Shown: positions 57,147-64,000 of the stretch, one piece after another
Layout of the letters: each line of letters begins with the position of its first letter
Numbering within the stretch: the first letter of the stretch is position 1
NCBI RefSeq assembly: GCF_009914755.1
Contig: NC_060925.1
Origin: the human T2T-CHM13v2.0 reference genome, Homo sapiens
Direction: 5' to 3' (one strand)
Length of the DNA stretch: 64,000 bases
Program-made: the position numbers and the translations under genes
The notes under the pieces: generated by a model
The model's database searches: none
What the model was told of the DNA's origin: nothing
Seen by the model: the letters and a program-made list of their open reading frames with translations, nothing else

Positions 57147-57462
57147 GGCTAGGCGTGGTGGCTCACGCCTGTAATCCCAGCAATTTGGGAGGCCAAGGTG
57201 GGCGGATCACAAGGTCAGGAGATCGAGACTATCCTGGCTAACATGGTGAAACCCCGTCTCCACTAAAAATACAAAAAAATTAGCCGAGCACGGTGGCGGG
57301 CGCCTGCAGTCCTAGCTACTCAGGAGGCTGAGGCAGGAGAATGGTGTGAACCCAGGAGGCGGAGCTTGCAGTGAGCCGAGATCGTGCCACTGCACTCCAG
57401 CCTGGGCGATAGAGCAAGACTCCGTCTCAAAAAACAAAACAAAACAACAACAAAAAAACCCC
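57147..57462 (+). mobile_element. AluY in an old L1M fragment
   Basis: gagatcgagactatcctggctaac, agaatggtgtgaaccc, ggagcttgcag; TSD aacattatttat. Confidence 0.93.
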
Positions 57463-57619
57463 AACATTATTTATAACAGTATAAAAGTGAAAACCTAAAC
57501 AAAGAAAATATTTATATCTACATGATGAAATATTATGCAACCATTAAAATGTATGGTTATTAATATATACTTATATATTAAGTTAAAACGCAGGATTAAA
57601 AGCTGAATGTACAGAATGC

Positions 57620-58470
57620 ATGCATTCCCTCAAACACTGACCGAGTACTATGTGTCAGGCACAGTGTGCTAAGGCCATGGGCACAGAGCTATAAACAAAA
57701 TAGATAAGAATCTCTGCTTTCACGGAGCCTATATTCCACTGAGAGGAGACACACAATAAAAACACACAGACCAGATAAGTACTATGGGGGAAAAAAAGCA
57801 AAAAAGTGAAATTGAGAGTACTGGGGCAAGGGGGTTACAGTTTTTAAATAGTCAGAGAATGCCTCAAACAGGTGAGGAAGAGAGCCATGCTTGCACGCAA
57901 TGGAACAACATTACAGGCTGAGGGAAGAGCTATCTTGGGAGCATGCAGGCAAGACTGCAAGGCCAGTGTTGCTAGACAGAAATGAGCAAAGAGAAAGGAA
58001 GTAGAAACTCAGAAAGATGGGGAGAGGGGCTTTGATATAGGGTCTTGTCTTGTAAGCTAGTACAGGATTTTATTTTAGTGAGACAGGAGGCCATTCAAGA
58101 GTTCTGAGTATAGGAATGATGAGATGGAACTTATTTGACCATGGTCACTCTAGCTGTTGTTTTGACAACAGACCGTAGAGAGCAAAGGCAAAGCCAATAG
58201 TTTTTGTAAACATCAGAAAAGACATGTAGTGGTGCTAGAACAAGAAGGTGGAGCTGAAGGTGATAAGAAGGGATGTGATTCTGAATACATCTGCAAATAG
58301 ATCCACTAGGATTTACTAATGAATTAAAATATTCATTAGTAAATGAATGACATTAGTAAAATATTCATTAGTAAAAGGATGACAGCAAGGTTTATAGTAT
58401 GAACAACTAAAAAGACAATAGTGATATTTACTTTAAAAAAAAAAAGAACTCCAGAAGAAAACAATTAATA
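57620..58470 (-). mobile_element. L2 (L2a-like) 3' fragment
   Basis: gagtactatgtgtcaggcacagtgtgctaagg...ctctgctttcacggagcctatattc...ggtcactctagctgttg. Confidence 0.8.
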
Positions 58471-58725
58471 TGAGACCAGTACAGATGACGAAATGGGAGT
58501 AGACAGATATTTGGGGACACATGTTTTTAATTAGTTAAGTAATACGTTTGACTTGGCTGAAAATACTAGAAGAAACTATATCATAAGGAAGGATATGTTA
58601 CTCTCTTCAAAATTCTAAATAAAAACAATGAATGTTGTCATTAAGTAAGCAAGCAGAGGGTGGGGTGGATATGTGTGACCCATTTTATGAAGCAAGTATT
58701 TAAGGTAATAAATCAAATAAGCCCA

Positions 58726-59030
<305 letters not shown>

Positions 59031-59438
59031 TAAATAAGGCCAAAGGTTAAAAGAATATGTACACGATATGGAATGAAGCCAAGGATGAACATAAAACACT
59101 AGCACAAACTCATCAGAATACCACAAGGAAGACAAGAGCCCAAGAGCCCAAAATGTAAACTGGAGCTAATGAAAAATGCTAAAGACAAAAAAGAATGGGA
59201 TTCTGATTTACGTTTGGCAATGTTTGAAGCCAGAAAATGAACAGAAAACATGGAAATTCACTATTTGGAGGGTTGGTAGGGGTGACAAAGCCTCTTCAAA
59301 TCCTCAGATTTTTGAGTAAATTATTTAATCTCTCCAGGCCCCAATATAATCAGTAAATGTATGGGTAACAATATTTACATTGTAAAGATATTTTGATCAA
59401 TAAATGAGATAACAAATATAACCCAAAACATATATATG

Positions 59439-59724
59439 TTTTGAGACAGTCTCGCTCATGTTGCCCAGGCTGGAGTGCAGTGGCTCAATCTCGGCTGAAT
59501 GCAACCTCCGCCTCCTGGGTTCCAGCGATTCTCCTGCCTCAGTCTCCTGAGTAGCTGGGACTAGAGGTGCACGCCACCACGCCTGGCTAATTTTTTGTAT
59601 TTTTAGTAGAGATGGGGTTTCACCATGTTGACCAGGCTGGTCTTGAATTCCTGACCGCAAGTGATCCGCCCGCCTCGGCCTCCCAAAGTGCTGGGATTAC
59701 AGGCCTGAGCCACCACACCTGGCC
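59439..59724 (-). mobile_element. AluS with a very short tail
   Basis: Reverse-complement Alu. Confidence 0.93.
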
Positions 59725-60129
59725 CCAAAATATGTATTTAAAAGGGATATTCGTGTTTGTTCCTGTTTTCTTTCCCAACTCAAATGCTGCTTTTACTATA
59801 AATCTTTCTATAAGTATCTTGCGGCCCAAGACAGAGAACATTTTTTTTAATTAGTTCAAATTTCTAGGTTCATGTAGATATTCAGGGATAATTCAAATAT
59901 AATCCTGGAATTATATTTTCTTTGTAGCTATAAAATTTCAAGACACCAACAAACTAATAACCAACAAAGCGATGGCGAGTGAAGGTAGAATTCTGCATCA
60001 TATTATTAAACAGTTTATGAAGACCTAGGAACAGAGACGATTAATCACTGAGAGCTGGCATAGGTTCACTAAGAATAAATTCTGGAAAAAGTGTCATTTA
60101 ATTTTACTGAAAAGGTTACTATCCTGAAA

Positions 60130-60900
60130 GGATGATGGTAAGAAATGTCATGTATTAGAACTTCAAAAGCGTATCTGACAGTCTTTAATGGTATTATTTG
60201 CAACAATGAAAGTAAACTATGGCTAGCCAAGAGTTTAGTTAGGTGAAACAATAGAGATTTAAGCAAACTTAGGCAAAGAAAACTGATTAATGAATTGGAA
60301 TAAATCTGTAAAGATGTTTCCAATGGCAGCCTACCAGGTGCTATTCTTGGCTCCTTCAGTTTAATCAATCCCGCTTCAAAGTCTCAGAATGAAGAAATAG
60401 AATGTATACTTCTCAAGTTTAATTATATCAGACCGTGTTAGGTGACAAAATCAAGATTCAAAAGAAAGTCTTGACAGGCTGAAATCCAGCCTTCAACTAA
60501 AAAGAAGAAATGTAATAGGGACATTAAACTGGCATTTATTTTAACATACACACACTCTCTCTTTCTCTAACTGTTCTAGAGGAAAGGAAAACTGACCTCA
60601 ACATAAGTTTGTGTAAATTGAGTTTTAGTTGTAAACCCAAACAGGTGCTCAGTATAATGTTAGCCTAAATGCTAAATGTGATATAATAAGACCCTCTTCC
60701 CCTCCCCCAAAATGAAGCATTGTTAGACTGTTTTAATATAACTTGTGTTCCCAGAGCAAATGAAGAAAAATATGCAATAAATTCAACAGTATTTTACTTC
60801 TGGGCGCCACATTTGAAAGACATTAAAAAAAAAAGCATATTTAAAGGTGAGCGATTAAAAAGGTACAAGGGTTTGGAAAAGGGTGAAAAATAACTGAAAG
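60130..60900 (+). mobile_element. CR1/L3 LINE relic (reverse-transcriptase region), probably extending patchily over ~59050-61700
   Basis: Degenerate DNA matching CR1 RT motifs: tattagaacttcaaaagcgtatctgacagtc (YLDFSKAFD-like), gatgtttccaatggcagcctaccaggtgctattcttggctcc (VSSGVPQGSVLGP-like), ttctgggcgccacatttg. Confidence 0.6.
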
Positions 60901-60915
60901 AAATTAGGTGATCTA

Positions 60916-61016
60916 CACTTGAGGCCAGTTTGAGACCAGCCTGGCCAACACAACGAAACCCCCGTCTCTACCAAAAATACAAAAATTCGCCCAGCGAAGA
61001 ACAAAAACGAAACCAA

Positions 61017-61047
<31 letters not shown>

Positions 61048-61370
61048 TAAGAAAATTAGCTGGGCATGGTGGCACATGCCTATAGTCCCAGCTACTTGGA
61101 AGGCTGAGGCACGAGAATCACTTGAACCCAGGAGGTCAAGAGATGGAGGTTGCAGTGGGCCAAGATCACATCACTGCACTCCAGCCTGGGCCACAAGAGA
61201 TTCTGAGAAACAGAAAGACAGAAAGAAAGACAGACAGACAAAAGAAGAAAGAAAGAAAAGGGAGGAAGGAAGGAAGGAAGGAAGGAAAGAAAGAAAGAAG
61301 GAAGGAAGGAAGGAAAGAAGGAAGGAAGGAAGGAAGGAAGGGAGGTAGGGAGGGAGGGAGGGAGAGGGAG
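60916..61370 (+). mobile_element. 5'-truncated Alu with expanded A-rich linker and compound purine microsatellite tail
   Basis: 17-bp TSD agaaattaggtgatcta at 60899-60915 and 61371-61387. Confidence 0.92.
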
Positions 61371-61829
61371 AGAAATTAGGTGATCTAGCATGAAAAAGAT
61401 ATAAGAAATGTGCAAGTATTTGTGGGACAATCATGTGGCAACTCTATTCCTTTCATTTGTCTAATATCCTGATACCTATCTTACAGGCAAAAAGACTGAG
61501 GCTTAGAGAGGATACATTGATAGCTAGTAGAAGAATTAGAACTTAAATTTAGGTCTTGTGAAAAGGGGGAATCTAACTTATTCTGTGTAACTCGAGAGAG
61601 TAGAACTGGACCAATTACACTGTGAAGCCAGATTTCAGGTCACTGTAAGAAAGAAAGAAAAAGAAAACAAAAGCTGAAAACCATATTATATGATGATGTC
61701 CAGAGTTTCCATAAAGCCTGGACACAAAGGCAAATATATACATTGTCATCAAGAATAACTTCAATCTGTAAAAATGTATTATCTAGTTTTCAGGCTTCGT
61801 GGGCACCCTGTGTTTGCTGAACAACCATT

Positions 61830-62125
61830 AATCATTATACCAGGTGCTCTATAATCCCTTGATCTGCACAACAACCCCAATGAGAAAACAGAATCTTATT
61901 AAAGACTAGCATAATTTGCCCAAGGCCCCAAAGTGAATACATTAAGAACCAGAATTCAATCACAGGTATTCCTGATTCTTCTAAAATTCTCTCACCCTGG
62001 CTGCATAGTAGAATTACCAAATCTCTTTTAAAATGACAATGTCTGGGTTCCACCCCCAGAGGTTATGATTTAATTGATCTAAGATGAGGCCAGTTGTTGA
62101 GACGAGTATATGACTTCCCAAATAA
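61830..62125. mobile_element. MIR (minus strand) followed by a MER5-like fragment
   Basis: ataatttgcccaaggcccc...agaattcaatcacagg (MIR); tctgggttccacccccagaggttatgatttaattgatc (MER5). Confidence 0.65.
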
Positions 62126-64000
62126 CTGGATATATACATAGCCACACATATGAGAGAGAAAAGCTACTTTTCTGGGTGAAGGGAGGGTTAATAGTGAAAA
62201 TATAAGAAGAAATCTTAGCAAAGAGTGTTTAAGCACCTTTGTAAAAGTAATTTCCAAATGTAATTTTTGTACCTACTTAAGATACGTTAGGACAAAATCC
62301 AGATGTCCTGCAATCCAAAACATTAGAAGTGCAAGAAGAAAGGAAGTCCGACACAAAAGTTCATAACCCCTTCATCTACAATATGCTTTTTAAGCAAATA
62401 AAATGACACTTTTTAAAGTCAAATACCGTAAAAGATTACTTGTCTTTTGCACAAGTGGCAGATCTGTTATCATTCTCATCATATTGAAAGCTTATCCAAC
62501 AGATGCCCTCTCCGTACCCTCCAATGGCTCTTTGTGCACTCAAAATTAACCCCACTATCACAGTGTTTCTCTGCATTAACCAATGTAAGACATTTGAAGA
62601 GGGTCTTTGTTGTTGTAAAATGAGGAAAGTTGCATTAGAAGCATTAAAATAATTGTGCTCACTTGGAAAAAAAAAATCAAAATACAGTAACAGCATTTTA
62701 TGTGAGCCATTCCTTGCAAACAACTAACAGTTTTCAACTCTTTAATTAAAGAGACATTCTTTAAAATTGGGAAGAGGTGTTAAGTTGAATGTCATCCCCT
62801 TTCTCCTAGAATGAATGACCTCTGATAAGTATCTGAACCATTTAAACACAAACACACATAAAATGTGATTTTATTAAATTCAACAAACATGAACTTTGGA
62901 GGGGCTGAAGAAAAATAACAACTGCTTTCTAAATTTAATTAAACAGAAAAAGACAGAGCTGACAAGCAGATGAATTGTCTAACTAAACTTTACGAGTCAG
63001 ATATTAAGAAAAGGAGTGTCATTTTCTTATTAGGAGTCCAAGGTGACTGCTTATGTTTTGAACACTGGTTAATTCTAGCTGGAGCACAAATCTATCTTTT
63101 CTTTTAGAATTAATTCTCAGTGTCAGAACTGCTAGATGTCCTTTTCAGAATCAACCTATCCTGGCCGTTAATTATACTACAGAAATATGTTCAAATAATG
63201 TTAATGATCTGATTCTATTCTCACAGAACAAGCTGTAGGAAAAGCTCAATTAAGACTTTGCTAAATATGTTTACTTAATTATTTTGCAGAGAATGAGAAT
63301 GGTTTGCTTGGCAAAAATGATATCTGAGAAAATGATTTTTAAAAAGAAAAGCAACGTGCAGTCTTAACATGGATACCAAATAGGAACCACTGTTTGAATA
63401 TTAAGATAAATAACGATTATTCTTAGAAGTACCTAACAGTGAGATATTATTTCTTTGAAGGTTTCTCAAATGCTGAGTAAATAGAAAAATAAGAGAAATA
63501 CAGTGACCAAGAAAGTCTTTTGAAGGATAGTGACACAAAATGTGCCTTTTTTACATTTTTATATATTCAGTTGCAATGGGCTTATTTTCTTAATGGTCTA
63601 CTTTGGGACTATCCTAGCCCGAGCCCCAAAGCTGCCGTGGAAATTTAGATTGAAACCAATAAACTCAAAACTACCCAAAAGAGGCCTTGAAGCTGACTTC
63701 AGAGTTGACTAGGAATCTCCTAGAGCTCTGAGACTAGTTTAAGTCCAGGGAGTGCCCTTCCACTTAGGCTTGCAATGCGGAATGACATTCAGCAACTGGG
63801 TTCAGTTACGGGGTGGTTTATCTGCCTGTGGATAGCTGGCATGCAATTGGTCAAAGTGAGACAAACAATAAAAGGAATAATCATAAACCTAAAATAAGAG
63901 AAGGAAAAGAAAAAACATTTTTGGGCACCTGTGATGGACCTGTCATGTTGCTAAGTACTTTACATATGTTATATTCATTAAACCTCTCTTCTCCCATAAA

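Noticed and set aside
61640-63920. Strong minus-strand pyrimidine tract/AG signals at 61643 and 63889 (also ~54742)
   Set aside because: No convincing donor or poly(A) signal pairs with them; decoy acceptors are common in long introns.

Overview
This is AT-rich human or great-ape DNA (it carries an SVA and about 25 Alus) lying inside the minus-strand gene GPATCH2. Only one coding exon is visible: 68 nt at 3884-3951, encoding [22 protein letters not shown](D). From memory of the gene structure it is probably exon 6. Bases 3952-64000 belong to the very long upstream intron and 1-3883 to the downstream intron. The rest is transposon fossil record: a full-length SVA in the GPATCH2 sense orientation, an L1PA-type fragment with a nested Alu and THE1 LTR, MaLR/ERVL LTRs, hAT DNA elements, and L2/MIR/CR1 relics. 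Several kb-scale stretches without recognisable repeats may be regulatory. None of the supplied ORFs looks like a real protein. I cannot support a new biological system here. The best leads are (1) an SVA head made of a pure (GGGGAGA)46 heptamer array, (2) a head-to-head Alu hairpin just upstream of the exon that contains a potential 87-nt Alu exon with one stop codon, (3) candidate recursive-splice, poison and terminal exon signals, and (4) two small templated-insertion scars. Repeat subfamily names and boundaries were assigned by eye, and no database search was run.
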